Shown piece by piece: positions 24,747 through 35,970 of a DNA stretch of 64,000 nucleotides. Source of the stretch: Amoebophrya sp. A120 (taxonomy: Eukaryota > Protista > Dinoflagellata); NCBI GenBank assembly GCA_905178155.1, contig CAJINV010000009.1, forward strand, positions 496,001 through 560,000, read 5' to 3'. The notes beneath the pieces were generated by a model, which was not told where the DNA came from, made no database searches, and worked only from the letters and a program-made list of their open reading frames with translations. Numbering within the stretch: position 1 is the stretch's first letter; every line of letters starts with the position of its first letter. Made by a program: the position numbers and the translations under genes.

Positions 24747-27587
24747 ATGAAGATCGGGTTGGAGGTAGCAATTGTCCTGTCCGCTATCGTCAGCCTGGAC
24801 TCGGAGTTGGACAATTGCCCGTATTTGGCAAATGGCTCTCGCATAGCGCTTAGCAGGAAGCCCGCCGTAGATCGGCATGGCGACCCCGCCGCGCGACAAA
24901 AGCAACTTGCTGAGCATTTATTTCACGCGGCGAACGTTCAGCTCGAATGCCACCGCAGCGTCTATTCTCTGGACAACGCACTACAAACGGTTCACGCTTG
25001 TGCGGCGGACGACGGGGGCATCAGCAGCAATAGACACGACATCTGCACCAGCCAAGATAAGGAGACGAGCGGCGGCACCGACAGAAGAAAGTTCAGAAAA
25101 AAGCAAGACTTTCCAGTAAGGCAGAAAAAACTTTTCATCGAAAATGCGTGCAGGAATATACTTGCGAAGCAGGATGCTTGGTCCCTTGCGCACGAACAGA
25201 GACGCGATGAGCTGGTTCGCGCCTCCGCCGATCCCGCAACAGGCCGCTTCCGGCTTTCTGCCTTTTGGCATCGTGTTGGCCTACAGGCAGACGAGCTGAT
25301 CGTTCGCGCGGCTGGCAAGTGTCTCGCAGCCAGAATGCGTTTCATAGCCAGTGGCGCCCAGGTGTCGATTTATGGAGGTAGCACATCGACGTCGCACTCA
25401 TTTTCCGATGACCTGTTCATGGATGACGCACTCGGTCAGTTGATCCGCGACGCCACGATGATCCGTCAGGACATTGCTGCGACGGTAAGAATGGCAAACG
25501 CTGATCGCCGCCTGGAAGAAATGGTGGAAATGCGTACAGCACCTTCATCCGCTGCAGCTGTGCAACAGCCATGCGAAAACAAAAGAAATGGAGGGAAAGA
25601 CGATAAATCGAAAGCATTTACATCAACTGCTAGCGAGGGTACTGCAGGTGCAGGACGAGGTTCTACTTTCAGTTTGTTGAGAGGAACAATGAGAGGAGAC
25701 AGAAATTCGAACGGCTGCGACCCCGATTCCGAAGAACCGTGCTCAGAAGACTCAGAAACTGATGATTTTTCCAGCTACAGTCCTTCGCACGATGAGGTCG
25801 ACATTGACAGCAGAAAAGCCACCGCCGCTCGTAGTTCTTCCGATGTTCCTGCTGGAGCTGCTCATCTAGAAGTTCGAGTGAACAGAAAGACGAAGATTGG
25901 ACGGAGAGCCGCGCTTTTCCACTATGCCAGAAAAACTCACCAGAAAATGTGTAAGGAGGCTGCCAGCAGGTCTACGGGAGCTGCAAAGTCTTCATCTCTA
26001 CTAAGTGGAGCCTCTCCTGGGTGGGATGAGGAGTTCGTGCTTCAAGAAATTGAAAAGATGGAGAATCAGTGGCGAGAGGACCAGAAGACCGATCTTTTCG
26101 CAAAGGTCCACTCGCTGAGCAACAGCAAGGATACCGGTGTAGGACGGAGAGCGCTGTTGGCTGGAAAAAAGGCTTCGGACAAGTTCTCAAAGACCAAGGC
26201 AGAGGTGTGCGACGCTTTGAGACGCAACCCGCACGACCCGGTGAATCGGCGCGTCGCGGCCGAAAAGCTGCGGACCGGGGCGATGGAGAAAAATGCGGCG
26301 ACTGCGACAGTGTGGGTATACAAGATGTTGGAAGAAGCTTGTGGAAAAGCGTACATGGAGCATATGAATTATGATATTGATATGCCGATGAACAACAACA
26401 AGATCACGCACGAGCGGAAAAACGCAGCGACGAACGGTGGAGTGCAAGTCTCAGTCACTTCATCTGGGAACAAACGAGCCCTAGGGCAAGAAGAAGCTCC
26501 TCCATGCGTTCCAGCAGTCATCGGAATTGAAGACCAGGAGCGCCTTTTCAAGCGCGCAGCGGAGGTAGGCTGCGAGGATGAATTTCTAGAAGAAAAAAAC
26601 CAGACCGCCATGCGTGCAGATGAGCCGATGATCCACTCCAGCAAATACCAGCAGTGCAAAGCATTTCTGTACCAGGCAAAGCGCGCTGCACTGATCTACG
26701 CGCGGAAATTTCTTCCAGCAATGAACAACTCATTGGCGGAATACGCCATCGGCCACAATGCCCTCTCGGGCTCGAAAGAGGAGCGGTACGCAGAGTTTTG
26801 GAAGGATATTCCGTTGTACCAAGAGACCTTTACAGTCACGAAGAAGCTGCAACGCGAACAAATTCAGCTGGATTTGCGTTTCCAGAAGTTGGTAAAACAG
26901 TTTGATGAAGATAAGGCAGTAGGCCCGGAAGAGGCTGCCGCAGGGTTTGCGTTTGGTGTGAATAGCAGAACAGCTTCGAGGACGTCCGCCGGCCGCAAAA
27001 GTATCTTCTCTGCAACTCTGAGTAATCTCACGAACCTCAAAAAGCAGTCGGAACTACGTGCTGATCTGCAAGTCAAGGTCCAGGAGTTTGCCTCGAGCAA
27101 AGAAATGCAGCTAGAATCCAGGATCAGGAAGATACAGGAGAGGGGCAAAATCAAGCCACCGAGTCCAACGGAGATAGAGGAGGAGTACGTTGACCTGCAC
27201 ACCTCTGGCATCGCGAACGTGCTGGAGAACGAAAGGGCGGAGCTCGTAAAACAACTTGCGACCCAGAAGGTGCCAGCGCCATCGGAAGATCACGATATGA
27301 TCATCACTGGATCTTCTACTGCTGCAGCTACTGTTATTGGTAGTGCGCCGACGTCAGCGTTCATGGCCTTGTCGCCCGAGGAATACATCAGAAACCAAAT
27401 TTCCTGGATTACCGCACGACTCGAACGGTGTGGCAAAGCTTGCAGAGAAGAGATAGGGACGAAACGCTTCAGCGAACGTGGCCAGGTGATTTCGTCGAAG
27501 AAGTGTTGGCAACAGCAAGAAGCGGATATGCTTTTCGGAACCATTGAGCTCGTAGAGCCGCCAAATATAGCAGATTTGGAACCGTGA
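24747..27587 (+). CDS. Family A protein, copy A3; putative secreted protein
   Basis: 946-aa intronless ORF with hydrophobic N-terminus MKIGLEVAIVLSAIVSL. LFHAANVQLECHRSVYSLD, IVRAAGKCLAARMRF and SHSFSDD match A2. Confidence 0.85.
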   Translation: MKIGLEVAIVLSAIVSLDSELDNCPYLANGSRIALSRKPAVDRHGDPAARQKQLAEHLFHAANVQLECHRSVYSLDNALQTVHACAADDGGISSNRHDICTSQDKETSGGTDRRKFRKKQDFPVRQKKLFIENACRNILAKQDAWSLAHEQRRDELVRASADPATGRFRLSAFWHRVGLQADELIVRAAGKCLAARMRFIASGAQVSIYGGSTSTSHSFSDDLFMDDALGQLIRDATMIRQDIAATVRMANADRRLEEMVEMRTAPSSAAAVQQPCENKRNGGKDDKSKAFTSTASEGTAGAGRGSTFSLLRGTMRGDRNSNGCDPDSEEPCSEDSETDDFSSYSPSHDEVDIDSRKATAARSSSDVPAGAAHLEVRVNRKTKIGRRAALFHYARKTHQKMCKEAASRSTGAAKSSSLLSGASPGWDEEFVLQEIEKMENQWREDQKTDLFAKVHSLSNSKDTGVGRRALLAGKKASDKFSKTKAEVCDALRRNPHDPVNRRVAAEKLRTGAMEKNAATATVWVYKMLEEACGKAYMEHMNYDIDMPMNNNKITHERKNAATNGGVQVSVTSSGNKRALGQEEAPPCVPAVIGIEDQERLFKRAAEVGCEDEFLEEKNQTAMRADEPMIHSSKYQQCKAFLYQAKRAALIYARKFLPAMNNSLAEYAIGHNALSGSKEERYAEFWKDIPLYQETFTVTKKLQREQIQLDLRFQKLVKQFDEDKAVGPEEAAAGFAFGVNSRTASRTSAGRKSIFSATLSNLTNLKKQSELRADLQVKVQEFASSKEMQLESRIRKIQERGKIKPPSPTEIEEEYVDLHTSGIANVLENERAELVKQLATQKVPAPSEDHDMIITGSSTAAATVIGSAPTSAFMALSPEEYIRNQISWITARLERCGKACREEIGTKRFSERGQVISSKKCWQQQEADMLFGTIELVEPPNIADLEP

Positions 27588-28437
27588 GAACTAGTTATGA
27601 TAAATAGCTACATTTTTCTACGCTTCTATTGGATGTAAATCTGGACAAGTAGAAAGGGTGTGCGTAATATTCAAAAGAAACAGAAAGTTAGTGCTATCTC
27701 AACTCAACAAACATATTTGGTCTACCATCGGGTCCAGGACTCTTATTGATATTTTTTGGTTATCGTTATCTGTACAAGGTCCATTATTTGGTTTTCGAGT
27801 ATTGGAAAAAGGCACGACCGTCTTCGTCTTCGATACACCAACAAGGAGATGATAGATTTCCGTCTAAGATCGTCAACGAGCCTCACCTAGACACAAAAGT
27901 CATTTTCAAGAAACCTAGAGCCAGCGTCACCTCACAAGTCTTCTCAAGAAAGAAAAAGCCATACTGATACTATGAGTCGGTTATGACGAGTCAGTATACA
28001 GATTCTGATTCACCGCGACAATCCCTCCTCGATATTGAGCTTAGAGAAAATGCGCGCCGAAGTACTTGTTATATATAGATTCTCAATCGATAAATATTTC
28101 TCGCAACGAAAAGAACTGAATACCAATATGAGATTGAGAGTTGTCAAATGATGCAAAGCATAAGCAAGCAATTCAAATTATTGTTGATGTCTCGCTACCC
28201 GTTACGATAAGCGATTGTGGTCCATGACGTGTCAATTTTTTTTAGTGACAGTAGTTTCTCACTTTATCAGCGTGTGCATGTTCGTCCGAGGAGTTGGTAG
28301 CGAGGTCCGAGGAGAAGGTAGCTATATCGGGCTCGATTTGTTGGTGCCTAAAGATCGAGTTACGAGCAAAGTTTTAGATGATTTCTGTGTACTTGCACAC
28401 TAGAGGGAGACGACAGGAGGGAAGTGATATTGCACAC

Positions 28438-28456
28438 GAGAGAGAGAGAGAGAGAG
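28438..28456. repeat. (GA)n microsatellite
   Basis: About 9 GA units in intergenic DNA. Confidence 0.8.
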
Positions 28457-29253
28457 GGATATCATGACAGGAGGACGAGGACGCCGGAAATCACTTGTAG
28501 TCGAAGAGAGTGAAACGACTAACGAGAAGAGAGAGTCTTGAGCGAGAATGAGGGACACAGAATGGTGTGACATCCACGTGATTGGAGTTGTGTTTCGGAT
28601 GATAGGTGACGAGGTTGAGGGCGTGTGGTCGTCTTCTAGTGTACCTCCTGCCCTGAAGCGAAGCAGCAATTATGTACGAAAAAATGGTGAGCAGGCCCGT
28701 CTCGGTCTCGAGGTGGCAGAGTCATAGGTTACGCAGGCGTGTATTCTGTAAAAGTGAATTACTTCTAGCTGCCGCTACGAGTCGTCGTCGTGCAGCAAGT
28801 ACTATGAAATAGAAGCTGCGTACAACAGAACTTTGGCTTTATTCATCACAGAAATTACACCCCACGAATTCGCTTGTTTGGCTTTGCTTGCCATGTGCAT
28901 GAAAAAAAGTTAAATTTTTTGAGCAAGAACGGAAAGAACAGTGAATAAATTCAACCCTCGGCTTCATGATGAAACGGTTGTTTCACGGAACGTCACGCGA
29001 GATGGACTTTGGCGTGACGTGACCTCGTCAATAGTCTGTCACTAGTGATTGGACTTGCGGAATAAGGGAGCCCGCGTGCCCCCAGCGAACGAGGCCGCGG
29101 TCCTCGCAAGTGTCGATTGCAATCTCTGCTGTCGAGGAACAGGAACAGGAACAGCACACTCACACAGCAGTAGAGTGAGAAAACCTTGCGGGGGTAGAAG
29201 TTGCGCGACGCCACCGACTTGTTCAAGAAGTAGAGGTCGACTCATCGCCCAGC

Positions 29254-32200
29254 ATGGATCGCAAGCGGAACCCGTTGGGGTTCCTGGACGAGCTCCTGGA
29301 GGAGGAGAAGATGAGCAACGAGCACTTTGGGTCCGTGCAATTCTGGAAGAATTACGAGTTTATCGACGTGACACGGTTGTACAACCCCCGGTCGATCGAG
29401 TACCGCAACGTCAAGCTGATCGTTTACGAGGCGTTTTTCTACATGATTGGGGTGCTGATGCTCACGCTGTACATAAACAGCTACATGGGCGACGGCGGCA
29501 TGAACCTGGAGGCGCGCAACCAGCAAGAACGGTACTGGGGCGGCTGCGAGGCGAAGCGGGGGTCCTGTAAGATCGATGACGTAAAGGACGGCTCGACGCT
29601 CTTGGTGTTTTTGCAGGAAACCATAATACCGAAACTGTTCACAGACCAGCCGGAATATTACGCGCTAACCACGTCGGAATCAACGGCGAACTCTCTCTAC
29701 ACGTTAAATTCAGACTCCGTGCCCTGGTTGCCAAGGTATTGTATCAGAGTAAGAATGCCAGTGAAAGTACCCAAAGGACAATACCTATAAATTTTTGTTG
29801 GAGGAACGTAGAATAAGTACACCACTTCGCTGCACACACCATAAGCACATTTCCCGCTAGCAGACTTTTGGCGTCACTTAGTTCAAGAACTTGAAGAGAT
29901 TTTTTGTACACATCAAAATCGAAATCAGATATTGTGGCGACACAAAGACCATCGTTATGTTGGGAAACACGCGGGTGAGACAACTTCGTGTCCAGAAAAA
30001 TCGTGGCTGCAACGTTCGTACGGAATTTGCGGGCCTGAAGATCGGCAAGGGAGGCGCAGTCGATGAAACGCCTATAGCATGCTATCCTCCGTTTTCCGAA
30101 GAAGTGGAATCGCAATTAACGTACCGAAAATTTGCTAGCGTGCCTATATGTAAACGTAAAGCTAAAGTCTTCGTGATCTTTGATGATTGAAAACCAAAAC
30201 CGCGTTGCCATTCATTTACTTTCGCCTTATGATATGTTGAGAACGTGAACGCTCAGCACACGACAAGCAACTGCAAAAACTTTGGTCTTTTTATCTATCA
30301 AAGCCTACGAAAATTTCAAGGTACCCCGCGAAGCACGTGCCAGCGATAGTGAAGGACTTCTACACGCATTCACTCGACCGCTCTAAGGCGATCGAAGCGC
30401 TCAATGCGAACTCTCTATCAGGCTCGGTGAAATTGCCCAGTATACAGAATTTGATGCGCAACAACGCCAGCATGACGACAATGCAGGGAAGACACGCGGT
30501 CTACCCCGGGGAGGGTTTCTACTTCGATTTGCCGCTGAAAAGGCGCGAAGCAGAAAACGTAATCACGGAGCTGAGGAGTTGGGACTTTTTGGACAAAAGC
30601 ACACGAGCCGTGATTGTCGAGAACACGGTATGTCAATACCATCACTTCTACCTGCCGTTGCGCCACTTTTGTTGAGGATATCTACTCGTGTGTCTTTACA
30701 GTGAAGACGATGACTTCGTCAGATTTTGTACATCTTCATAAGACGGTGTCTAATCACATTCAGAAAAATGGCACAACAACATGTGAGCTTTGTTCTATGC
30801 ATCATGATACCATCCTGCATAAAATCATGCGCGACCCTTTCATGACAAGTTGAGTCTTTGTTTTGTACATCTACATTCACGATTGGAAATGGCACGATGC
30901 ATGTGTGTCTGTGAACCTGAACTGCACCTCAATGATAATACTATAAATACAGGTCGTGAACCCGAACACGAACATCATTGTGTCCAACCGCCTCCTCTTC
31001 GAATTTAACGCCTTCGGGACAGTTTCCGTGCGGCAAGACCACGTGCCAATCTATCGCGCCAAAAAAAATGATCATACTCATACTTTCGCCATTTTTGGCC
31101 AAAATCCAATCAATCGGAATCGAGGCAAAAAAGTGCACTTTTTAGCGTATGACCACTTTTTTTAGCCAGGACGCTATGGCGATTCTGGTACTTTTTCAGA
31201 ACCAGCCTTGTCCGCCCGTGATTTGCATTCTTTTAAATGTGACGCTTTTCTGCGTTTTGAAAGAATAGCGCCGCGCTAAAAAAAGTGGTCATACGACTTT
31301 TTGTCGCGTTTTCTTCTAGAAAAGTTGAAAAAAGTATGAGCGCCCCAATTTTAGGGCGCCGGAAAATGGTATGATCACTTTTTTCAAACACGGCGGTATG
31401 GCCCACTACATGTGGCCCACGCCAGGAAAATAAAAGTGATCATACCCAAAGTCGCCGCATTTTCAGTCTTTGCAGAATCTGTGAAGAAAAGTGCTACTTT
31501 TCAGGTCAAAAACGGCAAAAGTATAAGTATGATCATTTTTTTCAGCGCGATACAATCCGAGCGACGTTGTTGAGCATGTCTCTCCTCGCAACGGACGAAA
31601 AGGTGTCCTTCATGTTTCTCGTCATTTTCCGCGCCTTCTTCTTCCTGTATTTCGTCGCCGCGGTGTGGTTTATGTACAAAAACCGGCTGGGGTATTTTTT
31701 CTACGCCTGGAATCTCCTGGACGTGGTAATCATCGTGCTTTTCGGGATCCACCTGGGCGTGCAGTTCACCACCTTCACCGACGTGCTTTCCGAGACCCAG
31801 TTTCTGCCCGAAATGCTCGGCATGCCGGAGTTTTTCTTCAGTTTCTCGAAGCTGCGAGCGGGGTTGGTCGCGAGCGATGGACTCCTGTCCGTCATAGGTC
31901 TGCTGTGTTGGCTGCGCACACTCAAATTTTTCACACTGCTGGATAGGTTTAGGATACTCACGAGGACGATAGAAAGAACCTTCGAGGATTTGGCAGTCTT
32001 CGCCCTGCTGCTTGCGACTATAATCTTCGGCTTCAGTATTTTTTTACTTGCTGCATGTTTTCATTCTTCTGATGACTGCATGTTAGCTTTTTTGCAAATT
32101 TGCATCTGTGCAATCGGCACGCGTTGCTGCTTGTTCCGCTTAGTGTTTATAAAAATCTGTGCCTGCACAACTTTACGCTTCCAGGTGTCGCTTTCTGGGT

Positions 32201-35175
32201 AGGCTTCTACAACCGAGAAGACGTGCCGGAGTTCCAGACCTTCTTGAGTTCGATGTCAACCTTGTTCTTCATGCTTGCAAAAGGCGTCAAGTTGGAGTTT
32301 CTGTTCGAGAACAACCATTGGCTGCCACAAGCACTTTACGTCACCTACCTGATCGTCGTCTACTTCCTTCTAGTCAACATGTTTATGGCGATCGTCAACG
32401 ACACCTTCACACTTGTCACGTACTCGGCACGACACCAAGGCAGAAAATCATTCGCGCAGGACAGTGTGACATGGTAAGTTTGATGTAGTTGCACCTCGTC
32501 AGGCATTGCAGCAGCAGCTATGACCTATTTAAACAAAAAGGACTTGAGGAAAGAAAGCGCTGATTCGCTTTCTGTCTGCTGACCCTCATCGACACGACAC
32601 TAACACGTATATTCAGGTGCTTCCTGATAAGTTACGCGGCGAAGCTGAAGGGTGAAGTCTTCCTTGGCGGTGACGAACTGGACGAGGATCGAGGGCACCT
32701 GAAAGAGCAGTTTATCGAGGTATCCGCACTGCCAGACGTCTTGCAGAAAGCGTGGGAGGTAAAACGGGAGCAGATTCGATCTCTCGTGCAGCAGAAGGTA
32801 GAAACCATGGGCCACACAGCGGAGATTCAAAAATTAAAAGCCGAATTCGACGACTTCGACAGGAAAGGCGTAATTAGCCGAGTGCAAATACAGAGGCTCC
32901 TTGACGAAGACGAGATACTAGTGCACATCTTGAGCACCAACAAGGCCATTGACGTCATACGACGATTCTCGGTAGCTGTTCTGTTTCACTTTTCCTTTTG
33001 TAGGCCAAGGCCTCTTGGTTATGCAAGTAGTGATCCGTGTGTCAACATTAACTCCCAAGAACGGCAACCGCGCTTCCTTTTTGTGTCCGTGAGCCAGAGA
33101 GTTGACGACGGTGGAGGTGAAAAACCTTCTATCACACGGCTTCGTGTATGTCGTCGCGTCATTTTTGCCCGAGCTGTAGTGTTTAGCACATGAATTCTGG
33201 CTACCTACTTCAACCGGCTGCGCTTACTACAATGGCGCGGGTAGCGCGAGGGCGCGCATACCTGTCATATTCGCACGCCGCACTTTGAGAGCATCCTTTA
33301 GATGCGACAGTTCCCTCAAGTTTGAAGTGTGCACGGTACGGTCCCGCGGGTGCGGTGCTCGAGGGGCTGGCCACCCTGAGGACAGCAACGTAGTGCGGGG
33401 GGCAGTGGAGGGATGCTCTGACAGCCCGCGCCTTTTTTGGAGTTGCATCTCTTCTGCAGCGCTGCGCTGCGTTTGCTTCTGCCGCACACAGGTGTGACGG
33501 CACGACATCGCTAATTGAGAACACATGCCTTACATCGGCCTTGCCTACTTGATGCTTTCACAGATCAATATGAATTTTCCACGTGTCGTGTTTAGCGACG
33601 CTATTCTGACCACCCCAGGGCACACGTGTGCAATCCTGCAATCGCGCGGGGAGTACGGTCAGCCGTGCAATCCTGCCATTGCCGCACGCCCATTGGGGTT
33701 GAGGATGTGGATCTGGTTGTGCTGACCTAATTAACTCCTCCCTCGGGGTCCCGCGGGTGCGACGCCAGAGGGATGTCGCCTAGCGCTCCTGATGACGGCG
33801 ACGTAGTGCGAAGCTCAGGCTTCCGCAGGGATCTCGGGCGGCAGCCCGTGCGCTTTTCTTTGTTTTTCCAAGTACGACGAAGGACGAAGAGTTGTCGTGG
33901 TGCCTTCGTTTTGGCGTTGCATTTTTCGCCAAAAAGAACCAAAACGATCTACTTGAATGCGGAGATGCAGTAGGTCCATCATTTTCATCTTGCACGACGA
34001 GTGACCACTACAGCTGGTACTCATACAAAAATTCAGGTGCCGCAATTCCGCAACAGTAACGACGATGCCTTCCACGAGATTACAACGCTTCAAGAAAACG
34101 TCTTCTCCAAACTGGAAGAGTTTGACGGTGGCGAAAACAAGCTCGAGTTCGGCTGCATAGAAACGTACAGGCGCACGACATGAATGATGTTTTCTTTTTT
34201 CTTGTTTCCTGAACCTGAACTTTCGCAACGAAATTGAAATAGTGGTCCTCACTGCATGATCGTACTTTATTTTTTACGAACAATGAGCAATACAGACAGC
34301 GATGTCGTCGCGCATCAATCACATTATTCTTGACACATCAGGTTGAAACTCGTGTCCACGGGGTTACAGGATGCCATGAGTGAGATATCAGAATGAAAAA
34401 TCCCCCCTCCCCATATTAAAACGAACTTTCTGATGCTGGATTTGCGTACACAAATCAGATTTGTCTTGCTGGCGAGGACTGCAGGTCCATATTAATCCCG
34501 AGCCGCCAGGTTTTGGCCTAGGCGCTTAGCATGACAGACGTCTACGCTGTAGCTAAAACAGCACGACAAACCGCCTGTAGAATGCGGCGGAGCTTGTTGT
34601 GGAGTTGCCTTCATGCAACACAGAGACGATTTGTGACCTCAAATCAGCAACATAAATTTTCGGCAGCATACCTTTTCAATATGGGGAGGGGGGATTTTTC
34701 CTTTTGATATGAGATCCAGAACCAATGGCGAAACGAGCTGACGTCCGTGCTGGAGTCGACCAACCACCTCGCCAGTTATCAAATGTAAAAATGTCTGGGT
34801 CTGGAAGAATACGAGATCTGTCATGCTAGTCTGGCATGACACTGAGCTCTGTATTGCGTGGCCAGCAAGAGGTCCTCTAGTCTGTCATGCAAAAACGCTG
34901 TCTGTCATGCGGAATACGCAACACGGAGGCACGGAAAAGTCTGTCATGCTTGGCAGTGTATTACAGTGCCATTTCTATTCACTGACATGCATCACAACTT
35001 TCCCGACCCAGACATATTTGCAGTGCATACCATTATCTTGACGACGATGACTCAAAAAATGGAAAAGATCCAGATGAATCACACGTCCATTGTCCACGAA
35101 GCTGGCTTGCAGCAGGTCACCGCAACCAAGGAGGACGACAAAAACAAAAAGGGCGGAGGAGGCTCGGCGGGCTAG
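29254..35175 (+). CDS. PKD2: Polycystin-2 (PKD2/TRPP) family cation channel, 858 aa; exons 29254-29735, 29929-30120, 30321-30627, 30953-31051, 31558-32035, 32185-32473, 32617-32971, 34037-34164, 34342-34385, 34715-34776, 35035-35175
   Basis: Polycystin motifs LGNTRVRQLRV, YPGEGFYFDL, FLDKSTRAVIVENTVVNPNTN, YFFYAWNLLDV, WLRTLKFF and LLVNMFMAIVNDTF; EF-hand-like DDFDRKGVISRVQI; coiled-coil tail. Seven GT-AG introns plus three TIR elements give an open 2577-nt frame. Confidence 0.9.
31052..31552. mobile_element. Introner element 1 (non-canonical intron in PKD2), 501 bp
   Basis: TSD CAATC at 31047-31051 and 31553-31557; ~48-bp imperfect TIR TATCGCGCCAAAAAAAATGATCATACT... Excision gives in-frame DHVPI|RATLLSM. 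Confidence 0.92.
34386..34709. mobile_element. Introner element 2 (non-canonical intron in PKD2), 324 bp
   Basis: TSD TGAGA at 34381-34385 and 34710-34714; TIR TATCAGAATGAAAAATCCCCCCTCCCCATATT (30/32). Excision gives AMSE|IQNQWRNEL. Confidence 0.92.
34777..35029. mobile_element. Introner element 3 (non-canonical intron in PKD2), 253 bp
   Basis: TSD CCAGT/CCATT (1 mismatch); 30-bp TIR at 24/30 (TATCAAATGTAAAAATGTCTGGGTCTGGAA); four internal TCTGTCATGC. Excision gives NHLA(S/I)ILTTMTQK, running to the stop at 35175. Confidence 0.85.
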
Positions 35176-35970
35176 TTGGCGAAATCGCTGAGTCTTGCGC
35201 AAAACTGTTTACAGCACGAGGGGAACAACGTAAGGCGCCACTACACTTGACTATACTAAAACAAAAATAGAGATTTCAACCAATCCGAACCGGTTCACTA
35301 TCCTATCCTTGTAAATTCGATTCTAGCAAATTAAAGTCAAACAGTAGAGCACTCTTGTGCCCGCATGAGCTGCTGCTAGCTACAGAAACCAAACCTATTC
35401 TGATTTTGTTATTCGATTATACACCAGACACAAGATGTTATTCGCGTTTTTGATTAATGTCAGACAAGGGCGTGAGCAGAGAGGAACAGGCGATGAAGTG
35501 TAGAAGGGTCGACGCAAAAAAGCTATGACGCGATGATGTGGCACCTGCCGCTCTGCAGTGTCTAGCGAGTAGCTTCTGCCTCGGCCGCGCGAGGACGTTT
35601 GTCCAGAATTCGAGATAATTGCACCAGATCTTCAGAGCTTGATGTTGTTCCAGTATCTGTTGATGTTGGCAGTTGTTGTACGCTTTTGCGAGTTGTATTT
35701 CAAATGTTTCGAAACAGATTTACACAGTAGCCCTGTTCTGCCTCTGTATCTGTTGCAGAGACCAGCAGACACACCAGAGCGCGTAGTTTGTGTGACGCGT
35801 CTATCGCTTTCCAAGTGTGTTCGTGAGACCAGGTCGCAATGAGAGTGCCGCGAGAGCAATGTGCATGGTATGAGGGAGAAGAACGACAGGTGCAATGAAA
35901 CGCAGGTGGTGGCAGGCGAAGAAGATCTTCAAGTTGTCCGTGATCCAAGAAGTTCTCAGATAAGTACGCT

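Noticed and set aside
31087-31103. GCCATTTTTGGCCAAAA resembling the dinoflagellate spliced leader
   Set aside because: It is part of the introner 1 TIR, matches only partially and is not at a gene 5' end.
34810-34950. Spaced TCTGTCATGC repeats as a CRISPR-like array
   Set aside because: Repeats are 10 bp, irregularly spaced and inside a eukaryotic introner; no cas genes are present.
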